Virus record (IMG/VR): IMGVR_UViG_3300035158_000136
Span: 1-60,442 of that record
Source: a virus
Taxonomy: Duplodnaviria > Caudoviricetes
DNA: 60,442 nt
Strand: one strand, 5' to 3'
Each line of letters starts with the position of its first letter. Positions within the stretch are counted from its first letter, which is position 1. Positions 28,433 to 37,906 of the stretch are shown piece after piece. The notes beneath the pieces are model-generated. The model saw only the letters and a program-made list of their open reading frames with translations, did not search any database and had not been told where the DNA came from. The position numbers and the translations under genes were made by a program.

Positions 28433-29683
28433 ATGGCTCTTCGTGGCACGCAACAAGTCACTGAAGCCGCGGCTGGCGGTGCGGGTAAACTGCGCGGAAC
28501 TCGGCAAATTGTCGAGATTTTGACCTCGCAGAAAGAACCGATCAATAAGAGTATTTCGCAGTCTCTGATTTTCTCTCAGAGCGCCAGCGCCGATACCATT
28601 CAGAAGACGGTTGCTCAGAGTCTCGAATTCAGCCAGTCTACGGCTATTGCGTTCAAACTCAGTGTTGCTCCGTCCGCACAGGCTCTACAATTCGGACATA
28701 GTGCTGGGTCCGATCGTGTTTCAAAAGAAGTGTCACAGACACTTCAATTCTCACAGTATGCATCTGACGGTATTCCGATTGAAGAGAGTCTCACACAGAG
28801 TCTTGTTTTCAGTCAAACCGCAACGCCAGGACTTTACGCATCAACAACTACGCAGTCACTTGTCTTTACTCAGAATGCTGCTGCTGGTAAAATCATTCCT
28901 GGCGGTATTGAGCGAAGCACATCCAGCAACTTAGTATTCTCACAAACTGCAACAGAAGTTAAGATTCTTGCGACGGCTACGGCTGCGGCAGGAACTAGTG
29001 GTCTTGTCTTTAGTCAGTATGCTGGCTTCCCGACTGAAGTCCAGATCCCACACTCGATCATCTTTTCGCATGTTCTCAATGTCGAGGTTGATCGTCTTGT
29101 TGAACACACGGTGGTCTTCACGCAGGATCAAATTGAATATAATCACGATGCGGTAAGAAGTGCTTCAAACGGCCTTGTTTTCACGCACTCTTTTGTGTAT
29201 ATTGACGATGTAAGCCTCTGCACCTATGATCCTAAGGTCGGAGCAAACAATGATCCAAATGCGCCGACGCCGCCGTCTGCAACGGCTCCGACGCTCACGA
29301 GACAGAGCACAGTAACTCTATTTTATCCGACTGTCAGCCCGACAGTTACGGTTGAAATTAGAGCACCAAATCTCGGCGATCGCGATAGATTAAGTCAGAT
29401 GCGGATTCAGCGTGAATCACGAGGCGGTACGCTGCAAATCTTTGCTGATCCGACGTGGCCGAAGCTGCAAATCCTGGCATTGCAGTTCATGGGGTTGACT
29501 GAAGGCGAAGCACTGGAAGTGCAAAGTTTCTTCATTTCCACGCTGGGACAAACAGTTGGATTCACCGATTGGGAAGGACGAACGTGGCACGGTATTATTG
29601 TGACACCAGATGAGCCCTTTATTCGTAACGGACGAACGTGTCGTGTAGATATTTCCTTCGAGTTTGAAGGTGAGTTACAATGA
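28433..29683 (+). CDS. Repeat-containing tail protein with C-terminal distal-tail-like domain
   Basis: Two MALRGTQQ-type repeats, ~11 QSLxFSQ repeats, a Pro/Thr linker, and a C-terminal domain paralogous to 29680-30081. Confidence 0.7.
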   Translation: MALRGTQQVTEAAAGGAGKLRGTRQIVEILTSQKEPINKSISQSLIFSQSASADTIQKTVAQSLEFSQSTAIAFKLSVAPSAQALQFGHSAGSDRVSKEVSQTLQFSQYASDGIPIEESLTQSLVFSQTATPGLYASTTTQSLVFTQNAAAGKIIPGGIERSTSSNLVFSQTATEVKILATATAAAGTSGLVFSQYAGFPTEVQIPHSIIFSHVLNVEVDRLVEHTVVFTQDQIEYNHDAVRSASNGLVFTHSFVYIDDVSLCTYDPKVGANNDPNAPTPPSATAPTLTRQSTVTLFYPTVSPTVTVEIRAPNLGDRDRLSQMRIQRESRGGTLQIFADPTWPKLQILALQFMGLTEGEALEVQSFFISTLGQTVGFTDWEGRTWHGIIVTPDEPFIRNGRTCRVDISFEFEGELQ

Positions 29684-30081
29684 GCGTAAGATTTGGCGGT
29701 CCATATCCAGGTGTCCAAACATACGTGTTCCTTCCGAATCCTGAGTTTGGGGACTCGGAAGGTTACACAATGGACTTGGATCGTAAGCGTAGTATGGATA
29801 ATACGCTATACACGTATGTCAGATCAAAGGACGGCCGGAAGCGCCTACAGATGCGATTTCGCATGACTCGCATGAAAGCGCTTGAGTTTCGGGCGTTTCT
29901 GCTCGCTTATTATCGAACAAAGATCGAACTTCTCGATCATGAGGATCAGCTCTGGATTGGGTGGATCACAACGAATCCAAACGAGTTTGAGAACGCTAGT
30001 TATTTTGCCTCGCCCAATCCGGGCCTGACCGGTGAAACGTACGCAAGTATCCAGATTGAATTTGAGGGAACGAAGCAATGA
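29680..30081 (+). CDS. Distal-tail-like protein
   Basis: LPNPEFGD...W.G.I.T...IEFEG; upstream of the hub gene. Confidence 0.6.
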   Translation: MSVRFGGPYPGVQTYVFLPNPEFGDSEGYTMDLDRKRSMDNTLYTYVRSKDGRKRLQMRFRMTRMKALEFRAFLLAYYRTKIELLDHEDQLWIGWITTNPNEFENASYFASPNPGLTGETYASIQIEFEGTKQ

Positions 30082-33000
30082 GAACAATCTCAGCCAATGG
30101 CTTAGCAAAACTGGCCGAGAAACAGGGTACGGAACCCGTTATCATTCTCGAAGTGCAATGGGCTGATGATGCCTCTGTGATGCGATATGGCGACACTGAA
30201 GTCCCTGGAGAAAGCGTCAGCGGCACCATTCTGGAAGTCGGTGGCCTTGATAATGTGATCACTATTAGCGGTGTGTCGCAAGGCACCGTAGGTGACTCGC
30301 AGCAATTGACCTTTACGCTTGATGATACTGATGGCAGCGTCAAGAATATCCTTGACCAGACTGACGTACACAAGCGGCCAGCTTGGGTGTATCAATGGTA
30401 TAAGGGTCTTGATTTCTCTGATCGATTTCTTCTCTTCAAGGGCCTGATCTCTAGTCCAATCGAATGGCATGAGGGCGACCGCACTGTTCGATTCGACGTG
30501 ATGCAACAGATCGAGGATATTGAGTATGGTTTCTCGATCGAGCAGGGAAATTTCGAGTACGTTGACCCTTCATTGATTGGCAAGGCATGGCCTCTCTGTT
30601 TCGGAACGCCGATCCATGTTCCCGCTCTCCGTACGCGCTCGCCGTACACCGGCATCTTGCAGACGCCGTTCGGTATCGCTGATTTTACACTCGCTGCACG
30701 ACTTGAACAGTTAAAGAGTGTTTGCTGCCCTCTTGTGTTCCGAGGATTCCATATCCGGCTAACGCTGTCTGGTCAGACGGCGCATACTGTCTTTATGCCT
30801 GAGCCGGGCTGCTATTGTCGTAAGAAGGGGACAATTGCAGAGTGGGAGGCTGAGCTAGCGCTGCAAAACAGCTACTCAATTCAGCCGGGACAGACGCTCC
30901 AAATCATCAATGGGGAGCTGTTTCCGCAGAACCAGATCATCAACATCAAGGTCTGTGACGCGGCGGTTCTTAGAGGGACGTTCGCTGGCAAGACATTCAC
31001 CGTGCTTTCGGCGACACACCCGCAGGAGTTTGAACTCACAGTTCCTCCTGTCAAGTCGCGAACGGTCTGTGCAGTGCGGTCTTTGAATCTATTGAACCCA
31101 GGCGGGTTCGCCGGTGGCGATATCCCACAATACGCCTCACGTGACCAGGTTCTGTTTCACATCACGCGATGCGGTGAAACAGATGATAGTCACGGTCTAG
31201 GTTGGGAGTACCTTGCGACGTTCCCGCACGCGGATTTCTATTGGGCGGAGCCGGGCTGCGAGGTAGTCCTGGTCGGGAACGAGGAAATTCCGTACATCTG
31301 CAACATTCTGCCTAGCACCATTTTGCGTGTGGCGGCGTACCGCACGTTCCCGGATACTGGCGTCAGACAGCTTGTGTCGGTGCCGACCAGTCGGTACACC
31401 ACGAGGATTACCGATTTCGGCGGTTACAACGTCACCGAGGTCGTTATGAACAAGCCCTTGAGCCGGTACGGCGAGGGTTATGAGGACGACATTTATGTAA
31501 CGTTGACGTCAAGTGTCGGACCAAACACCGTTGACATTTTGATCTGGCTGATCAACAAGTATACGTCGTTCAGTTACGACTCAACGACGTTCAACGCTGT
31601 CAAGACGAAACTGACAGAGTATCCGATGCACTTCCCGTTACTGGACCGTGGCAATATTCTCGATTTGCTTCGAGATATTGCTTTCCAGGCGAGGTGCGCG
31701 CTTATCCTCCGAAATGATACGTTTTATCTTATCTACTTGAGTGAAGAACCGTCTTCTGATTTTACAATCAATGAGACTGATGTCCTACCGGAAACGTTTG
31801 TGCTTTCGCACACTGAGACGGAAGAGCTTGTCACCAAGTTTGTTGCAAGATGGAAACATGATCACGCGATCGACGATCCCAACACTGCAATTTACCGGTA
31901 CAATGTGGCGCGCTATGGGACTCAGGAGCAGGAATTCGATTTCTTCGCTCTTGACCACATACAGCTTGTTGAAAAGACGGCTACATTTTGGCTGATTCGT
32001 ATGGCCAACACTTGGCGCAAGATTCAATGTCGAACGCCATTGACGAAGCTGCAAGCTGAAGTCTTCGACATTGCCAGCGTAACGCTGCCAGATTTTTCAC
32101 TGAGCACAATAAAATGCATTGTAGAGGAGGCTACGTACAATTCCGAGAATCACGAGATTGATTTTGTTCTCTGGACACCAGTTCGATCTGGAGAACAAAG
32201 TGCTTACGATTTTGCGTGGCCTGCCAACATTGATACTACACTCATTTTCCCGACCATCGAGGATCATCAACAAGGCAAGGCTGGCGGTAGTGGCCCGAAT
32301 GTTGATGTCGAGCCGCCGGGAAGTCACCCACTGGCCGCACCGCAGGGATTCACAGCACACTTCCAGACCACGAACTGTGGTCGGCGTGCTGGTGTTGCGC
32401 CCATTACGCCTCCTGGTGATCCTGGCAACCCGTACTGTCGGCCGGACCAGGGAGACTCGCAGCCGTCCGACCAAGATGATCAAGCGCCCACGAAAGAGGT
32501 ACCGGGCTCCGGTGAGACTGATGTCGGCACCGCTAAGAACCCGATCGGAGCACGTAGCTCTGAAATCATCGACGTGGAGCAAGCGCTCGCTGAGCAGGAA
32601 GCGCAGAGTCAAGGCAACACGAACGCCAACAATCCCAACTCGGGCGATGGTGGCGGTGGTGACGGTGACCAAGACCCAATGGACAGCTTGCCGGAAGAGC
32701 CACCTGACTGCTCGGCTGGTGTGAGATTCTGCGTCTCTGACGTGGGTATCGTTAAGAAAGAAGACGATACAATCTCAGCCGAAGAAGGCGATATGGGTCA
32801 AGCCCTTGGCTTCGGTGTGATCGACGTTGCTGAGAAATGTTCGAATATCTGGTTCAACTCGCGAGAGGCGGCCGACGCTTATGGTGCAGCTCTCAAGGAA
32901 TTGGCCAATTCGTACAATGCAACTGTTGGTCAGCCGTGGATTGTGGGCGCGCTAAGTGGTCGATTGACTCTGATCGACAAGTGGGGACCGGAATGTGAAG

Positions 33001-33098
33001 AGCCGCCTGAGGATGAGCGTGCTATGAACGCCGGTAGCCGACCTGGTGACCCGCAACGATGGGAAGATATCAAAGACATCAACGACGAATGGCTATAG
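30078..33098 (+). CDS. Tail tip/baseplate hub protein
   Basis: 1006 aa; N-terminal EPVIILEV...LTFTLDDTDG...FKGLI...IGKAWPLCFG pattern; last large gene of the tail module. Confidence 0.7.
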   Translation: MRTISANGLAKLAEKQGTEPVIILEVQWADDASVMRYGDTEVPGESVSGTILEVGGLDNVITISGVSQGTVGDSQQLTFTLDDTDGSVKNILDQTDVHKRPAWVYQWYKGLDFSDRFLLFKGLISSPIEWHEGDRTVRFDVMQQIEDIEYGFSIEQGNFEYVDPSLIGKAWPLCFGTPIHVPALRTRSPYTGILQTPFGIADFTLAARLEQLKSVCCPLVFRGFHIRLTLSGQTAHTVFMPEPGCYCRKKGTIAEWEAELALQNSYSIQPGQTLQIINGELFPQNQIINIKVCDAAVLRGTFAGKTFTVLSATHPQEFELTVPPVKSRTVCAVRSLNLLNPGGFAGGDIPQYASRDQVLFHITRCGETDDSHGLGWEYLATFPHADFYWAEPGCEVVLVGNEEIPYICNILPSTILRVAAYRTFPDTGVRQLVSVPTSRYTTRITDFGGYNVTEVVMNKPLSRYGEGYEDDIYVTLTSSVGPNTVDILIWLINKYTSFSYDSTTFNAVKTKLTEYPMHFPLLDRGNILDLLRDIAFQARCALILRNDTFYLIYLSEEPSSDFTINETDVLPETFVLSHTETEELVTKFVARWKHDHAIDDPNTAIYRYNVARYGTQEQEFDFFALDHIQLVEKTATFWLIRMANTWRKIQCRTPLTKLQAEVFDIASVTLPDFSLSTIKCIVEEATYNSENHEIDFVLWTPVRSGEQSAYDFAWPANIDTTLIFPTIEDHQQGKAGGSGPNVDVEPPGSHPLAAPQGFTAHFQTTNCGRRAGVAPITPPGDPGNPYCRPDQGDSQPSDQDDQAPTKEVPGSGETDVGTAKNPIGARSSEIIDVEQALAEQEAQSQGNTNANNPNSGDGGGGDGDQDPMDSLPEEPPDCSAGVRFCVSDVGIVKKEDDTISAEEGDMGQALGFGVIDVAEKCSNIWFNSREAADAYGAALKELANSYNATVGQPWIVGALSGRLTLIDKWGPECEEPPEDERAMNAGSRPGDPQRWEDIKDINDEWL

Positions 33099-33108
33099 GA
33101 GAACAGCA

Positions 33109-33432
33109 ATGGGTTGTGGCGGTTGTAATCAACAAAAAGACGTACCACGAGACGCTCCGGTTTCCCGAAAGTCGTTCGTGGTACGTCCCGATGGGAGTCT
33201 GCTTTTTGACGGCATTGCGCCGAATATGGGTGGCTTTGCGCACGACCCTAATAATCCACGACGCCTGATTCCCGATATACGTCCGTGCAAGTTTCGGATT
33301 GTTGCACCGTATTTGTTGCAGAATGGCAAGTACACTGTTATGAGTAAGTGTAACCATCCTGATTCTGAAATCAGAAATCAGGATGTGAACATGGAAATCT
33401 GCAAACAATGCAAGCTACCGGATCTGGCGTAG
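33109..33432 (+). CDS. Cys-rich small protein
   Basis: MGCGGC...C...C...CKQC; AGGAG RBS. Confidence 0.6.
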   Translation: MGCGGCNQQKDVPRDAPVSRKSFVVRPDGSLLFDGIAPNMGGFAHDPNNPRRLIPDIRPCKFRIVAPYLLQNGKYTVMSKCNHPDSEIRNQDVNMEICKQCKLPDLA

Positions 33433-34056
33433 CACCATCCGTTTATACACTTCTCCGGTAGCGATGCAATCTTGAAGCGCATCGTGGGCTCCATGATTCT
33501 TGATGTCAAGCTGTGAACAAAGATACGCTAGGTTTGATTTCGGGAATGGGGCCTTGTGCTGGTGAGTTGTCATCGGATCGTGGTAGTGTGCGTCGTTGAG
33601 ATATTGTGCTGTCGGTAAGGTGTCCCGATACCAGGGATGGAAAATTGAGTCATAGGTCTTCGGACCAAGCCAGTCGATTATGAACCCACGGTCGAAAACC
33701 CAATTCTGAGCCACCGGGGCGAGCTTTTTACCTTCTGGTAATAGCGCGTCCCGTTTCTGCGTATCTGTTTTGAGAGCTTCAAACCAATCGTCGAACATAT
33801 CGGCAGCGTCGAAAGGATCAAGAGCCCGTTGTTGTAACTGAGCGAACTTGAGACGGTTGACCTTGAGCGCCTTAGGGTCGATATTCTCAGGTCGCTTCGG
33901 CTTCATGTCCACGTAAAATGGAAGGACGCGCTTATCCGGTTCTAGAAATTCGTTCAAAATCAGAACACAGACTTGTACGACATCATGGTGACCGGGTATG
34001 AATCCGGTCGTTTCGACATCGACAACGGCCAACAGGTTTCCGTTTAGGTGGATCAT
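33415..34056 (-). CDS. DEDDh 3'-5' exonuclease (DnaQ-like)
   Basis: VDVETTG, AQNWVFD, HDALQD. Confidence 0.9.
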   Translation of the reverse strand: MIHLNGNLLAVVDVETTGFIPGHHDVVQVCVLILNEFLEPDKRVLPFYVDMKPKRPENIDPKALKVNRLKFAQLQQRALDPFDAADMFDDWFEALKTDTQKRDALLPEGKKLAPVAQNWVFDRGFIIDWLGPKTYDSIFHPWYRDTLPTAQYLNDAHYHDPMTTHQHKAPFPKSNLAYLCSQLDIKNHGAHDALQDCIATGEVYKRMVLRQIR

Positions 34057-34607
34057 AGGACATAATCCTCACACAAAGTCACAGCCTGAGCGTGTAAGTC
34101 AGGCAATGAGCCATTGTTGCACACGATGGCATCCCAGTCAGACCATTCATCGAGTTCAGTCTCACGAGGATCATCGTCAAGAGGGCCTTCACGGTCGATT
34201 CTGACCAGAACGCCACCAGCCTCTCGGACGGCGTAACCTTCGTTGCGATAGCCCAAATCTTTGATCAGCAAAACATCGACCCCTTGGTCGGTTTTTGTGA
34301 TGTAGTGTATCCAAGTTGGGCCATAGACTTCACGCATTTTGTTGCCGACGCCGATCCAGAGATCACGTGGTGTTTGGCCGATGGCGGGTAGTACGATTTC
34401 CTTTTCATTGTAGTGAGTCTCGTAGTACACACCACGCTGGAGACCGGCCCAACCGTATAGTTGGTAAGCCACGTCTTTGAGTTTATCCGCAAATCCTACT
34501 TTCCGCACAGTGCAACCATCACAGTTGATCTGAAGATGGTTCAACATGAAGTTGCAGAGAGTGTCTTTGCCACGACTTTTCTTATGTCCAACAGCGACGA
34601 TTTTCAT
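34053..34607 (-). CDS. Deoxynucleoside monophosphate kinase
   Basis: GHKKSRGKDT P-loop, FADKLK, TPRDLW..VG..MRE, D.GYRNE. Confidence 0.85.
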   Translation of the reverse strand: MKIVAVGHKKSRGKDTLCNFMLNHLQINCDGCTVRKVGFADKLKDVAYQLYGWAGLQRGVYYETHYNEKEIVLPAIGQTPRDLWIGVGNKMREVYGPTWIHYITKTDQGVDVLLIKDLGYRNEGYAVREAGGVLVRIDREGPLDDDPRETELDEWSDWDAIVCNNGSLPDLHAQAVTLCEDYVL

Positions 34608-37282
34608 TGTACCAATTTATCTCCATCTAAGACCCAAGGAGTTTCATTGTCTGGTCTCGTTGAGTCCAGACTCACGTTTCCGATATAGAATTTGGCTTTA
34701 TCCTTCATGTTGCGGCCCTTCGGGAATCGCCTCGGCAATTCTCGTCCCACCCGGATTTTGGTCCAGTTGCCCGCTTCCTCAGCGTCAAGCCAATTGAAAA
34801 AGGTTTCCCAAAAGATTTTATACTCAGTCATGGAACCTGGAATGTGGAAACAACATTCCTCAATGAATAATTCCAGAGCGTTCATGTTTTTGCGTGAGGT
34901 TTGTTTCTTTTCTTGCGTCTCTATGATTGGAATACTGAGCCTAGAATTTGACCGCGGTAGCTCAACGGCCATCAACGCACCGAGGAAGTCTGAAGCCTCT
35001 TTTTCCAGAATGCTCATAAGTTGAACTTTAGGAATGAGTTCAGCCTCAGTCAGTGGGCGCATGTGGCACATTGTTATGCGCGTGTCACCTGGGAAGATTG
35101 GACAGTATGATTCATAGTTTGCGCATTGGACCCAGTGTGTAGTGTTAACGATGTGGTAAGGCGTTTGGTTCTTTTTGTGGATTGGCAGAAGCTCGGCCAT
35201 GACCCAATCCTTCATTCGATTCCTGGCCTGCTTATGCTGAGACAAGTCAACTTCTTCCACGACGCAAAGAACGGCGTTTTCAAGTTCGCCGTTGAAAGCT
35301 GAGTTTGAAGTCAAAGCAGCGTCCGCCCGCGTATAACCCTTTGTCATAAGCAGGCTGATTGCTTCGTGAAACGTTGATTTTCCTGTATTTTCCTCCTCTG
35401 AAAAGAAGAATAAATAAGGCAGGTGCTCCGTTGGTTTTTGAAACAACGATGCGACCCATAACTTGAGATACTCACCACCCGTCAGGATGCCATTCGTTTG
35501 GCACCAAGGGTGTTTTTCTATAGTCTTTGTGAGCCCAGCGCCCGCGTGATCGAGAACACGAGTCCAGGTCGGATGTATGAATGGTTCATCCAGTTTGGGT
35601 TTGAACTTCAACTGTGCAGCGCCGCGGTTCCACTGGCGGTCGCCGGGGAATTCGTCTTCAAATGGCTTGTTTACTAACGTCCAGCCGCGCATGACACATT
35701 GACCGAGGATTGTGCTAATCTCACGGTCGTTGAAGTTCAGTGATTTCAAACTCAATTTGACATGGTTCAACGGTTCCGTTTGCCAACCACCGCCAGCGTT
35801 GATGACCCAGCCAAAGTCATCACCACCGTCTGTGATCAAGTGACGAACAACGTCGTCATAATTGCCCGTTTCAGGTTCAGTGACCGGCGTAACTTTGGTA
35901 TTATAGATACGTTTCCACCAACCTTTGTCTTCGCGCCATCCTGACATATCACCACCATTATCTTGGGATTCGCGTTTGACCTCAACGATCAAACGGCCAT
36001 CCTTTTTGTGATGTTTCAGGATAGTACGACGACCGGCTGCCCACGGCGGTAGACTAACATTTGCTCCGAGCGACGTGGCTACGGATTTTGCGACTTCGGC
36101 TTCCGTAAATTCAAAACCGCCTTGTTCAGTTTCAACGCCATCGTGCGAGCGTGAGGCTGTTTTGAGATCCGGTTCTTGATTATAGAAGCAGCGAGTATAA
36201 CCCGTGCCGTCCTGCTCCCATGATGCGTGTTCGCCTACACCTGGGGTGTAACGACGCACGGTCCACGCTCCCTTGCGTAGCGGGAAAGCGAAACAGTTAT
36301 GATCGGCTCCACGTTCCTTGCCTTGTGCGACTGTTTCAAAGATCCCTTTGAGATCAAGCTCAGTATGTGCCTTTTTGAGATCAGCGGTGTGGCAGACCAT
36401 CATCCAGTGATCCTTGTCCCACCACCATTGAGCGTTATTGTCGTCCAAAAATGATTGTAATCTCAAATGCGCACTGTCGAGCTTGATACGCGGGCGCGTG
36501 CCGCATAGTTCCTCGAACTCGTCTATCTCGTCTTGTTCAACGTAACGAGGCAGACATTTGCGACGATTGCCACGAACAACGTCAATGTGATCTTTCCAGT
36601 TGGCTGGAATCTCACGTAAGATGGAACCTTTCTTAATGAGTTTAAGCCCATCGGTGTCCTTCATCTTGCGGTGCCAGACCCACATATTCCCACCGCAGGC
36701 GTCGAGTTTGCTTTGAAAATCAAACCCGGTTTTAGCGGAGAGCATACCGAGAATCGCACGTGCGAGCGCAGCGTGTTCGGTGTGGTTGGCGGTAGCAACC
36801 GACAAGAGAAACGTGTAGAAGTGGATTCCTTTCCCAGACGTTGAGATGCGAACCGTGATCCAAGGAATCGACATAACGGCGTTCTTAACTGCTTCCAGTT
36901 CTTCTGCCGTCAGTCCTTGTTTGTGATTCGCAACAGAGTCAAAGTCGTAAGCAACCCAGATACTCTGTTTCTTGACCCAGTTCCACCCGGTCATTCCAAT
37001 CCCTTCGGCGTGCAAACCCAGAGGCCAAGATTGTTTTTTGGGTTTGTACTCAGGATTGGTCTTTGCTTTGTAGGGAATACGATACGATTTCCAGATTAGA
37101 GCTGGATCGTCAGGATCGGCCCATCCGTTCCATTGGCGGCCTTGGTACTCCCCAGTGATTCTGACACCACCATCTTGGGCGGCATTGACCTGGACTTCCA
37201 TTTCCGCATTATAAAGAGCTGCTAAGTCAGCGTGAGTGTTGGCCTCAAGGAAAACCTTGATAGCCTCGGTCTGCAACGGCAT
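34604..37282 (-). CDS. Primase-helicase (AEP-like N-terminus + SF3/D5-like helicase)
   Basis: DFD and STSGKGIH primase motifs; ENTGKST Walker A, VVEE Walker B, CAN motif C. Confidence 0.85.
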   Translation of the reverse strand: MPLQTEAIKVFLEANTHADLAALYNAEMEVQVNAAQDGGVRITGEYQGRQWNGWADPDDPALIWKSYRIPYKAKTNPEYKPKKQSWPLGLHAEGIGMTGWNWVKKQSIWVAYDFDSVANHKQGLTAEELEAVKNAVMSIPWITVRISTSGKGIHFYTFLLSVATANHTEHAALARAILGMLSAKTGFDFQSKLDACGGNMWVWHRKMKDTDGLKLIKKGSILREIPANWKDHIDVVRGNRRKCLPRYVEQDEIDEFEELCGTRPRIKLDSAHLRLQSFLDDNNAQWWWDKDHWMMVCHTADLKKAHTELDLKGIFETVAQGKERGADHNCFAFPLRKGAWTVRRYTPGVGEHASWEQDGTGYTRCFYNQEPDLKTASRSHDGVETEQGGFEFTEAEVAKSVATSLGANVSLPPWAAGRRTILKHHKKDGRLIVEVKRESQDNGGDMSGWREDKGWWKRIYNTKVTPVTEPETGNYDDVVRHLITDGGDDFGWVINAGGGWQTEPLNHVKLSLKSLNFNDREISTILGQCVMRGWTLVNKPFEDEFPGDRQWNRGAAQLKFKPKLDEPFIHPTWTRVLDHAGAGLTKTIEKHPWCQTNGILTGGEYLKLWVASLFQKPTEHLPYLFFFSEEENTGKSTFHEAISLLMTKGYTRADAALTSNSAFNGELENAVLCVVEEVDLSQHKQARNRMKDWVMAELLPIHKKNQTPYHIVNTTHWVQCANYESYCPIFPGDTRITMCHMRPLTEAELIPKVQLMSILEKEASDFLGALMAVELPRSNSRLSIPIIETQEKKQTSRKNMNALELFIEECCFHIPGSMTEYKIFWETFFNWLDAEEAGNWTKIRVGRELPRRFPKGRNMKDKAKFYIGNVSLDSTRPDNETPWVLDGDKLVQ

Positions 37283-37424
37283 ATTTATCTCCCATCTCCC
37301 GGACCCTACTGATTCTTAACTCAGAACATTAAGGATTGAGTTTGAACTCAGAGGCGAAGATGGGAAATTGAGTTTGAACTCAAGAACTCAAATCAGTGTT
37401 TTATGTGTTTAGATAGAATGGTTG

Positions 37425-37470
37425 TCTAGACTATTATAGCCCAGTTTACACGAATTGTTGCGCAGAATTT
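37425..37470 (-). promoter_or_regulatory. Phage-type promoter driving the primase operon
   Basis: On the minus strand: AAATTCTGC-GCAACA(37461-37456)-17 bp-TATAAT(37438-37433)-AGTCTAG. Confidence 0.75.
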
Positions 37471-37695
37471 TAAGTCCTTTGATAATAACAACTTACGTCG
37501 AATTACAGGTTACATATTTTCTGTATTGCCCGTATGCTTTCAACTCAACTCAATAAAATATATAGCAGTAAGTGGCGCGACATAACCTGTAACTTTGCAC
37601 CTAAGTCCTTTGATAGCAACAACTTACGACGTAACTAAAAACACTAGTCAATTTAACAGGCGACGTAAGTCCTTTGATAGCAACAACTTACGACG
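37471..37695. repeat. Three-copy palindromic repeat array, locus B
   Basis: TAAGTCCTTTGATA(GC/AT)AACAACTTACG at 37471, 37602 and 37666; same unit as 279-430. Confidence 0.95.
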
Positions 37696-37730
37696 ATTCT
37701 TCGCGTTCGTGTATATAATATAATTGAATA

Positions 37731-37775
37731 AAATTCTGCGCAACAATTCGCGATTTTCGGGCTATAATAGAGTAG
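37731..37775 (+). promoter_or_regulatory. Phage-type promoter driving the ParB2/replication operon
   Basis: AAATTCTGC-GCAACA(37740-37745)-17 bp-TATAAT(37763-37768)-AGAGTAG. Confidence 0.75.
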
Positions 37776-37906
37776 CGGGAGGATTTCCATTCAGATGGAA
37801 TTCTGAGTTGAGTTTTTGAAACCGGCAACTTGAGTTCAAACTCAGAAAATGGAAACGACCTCCAAGACGTTTTGAGTTTCTTTTCAATTTCATGGGAGAA
37901 CTAAGT

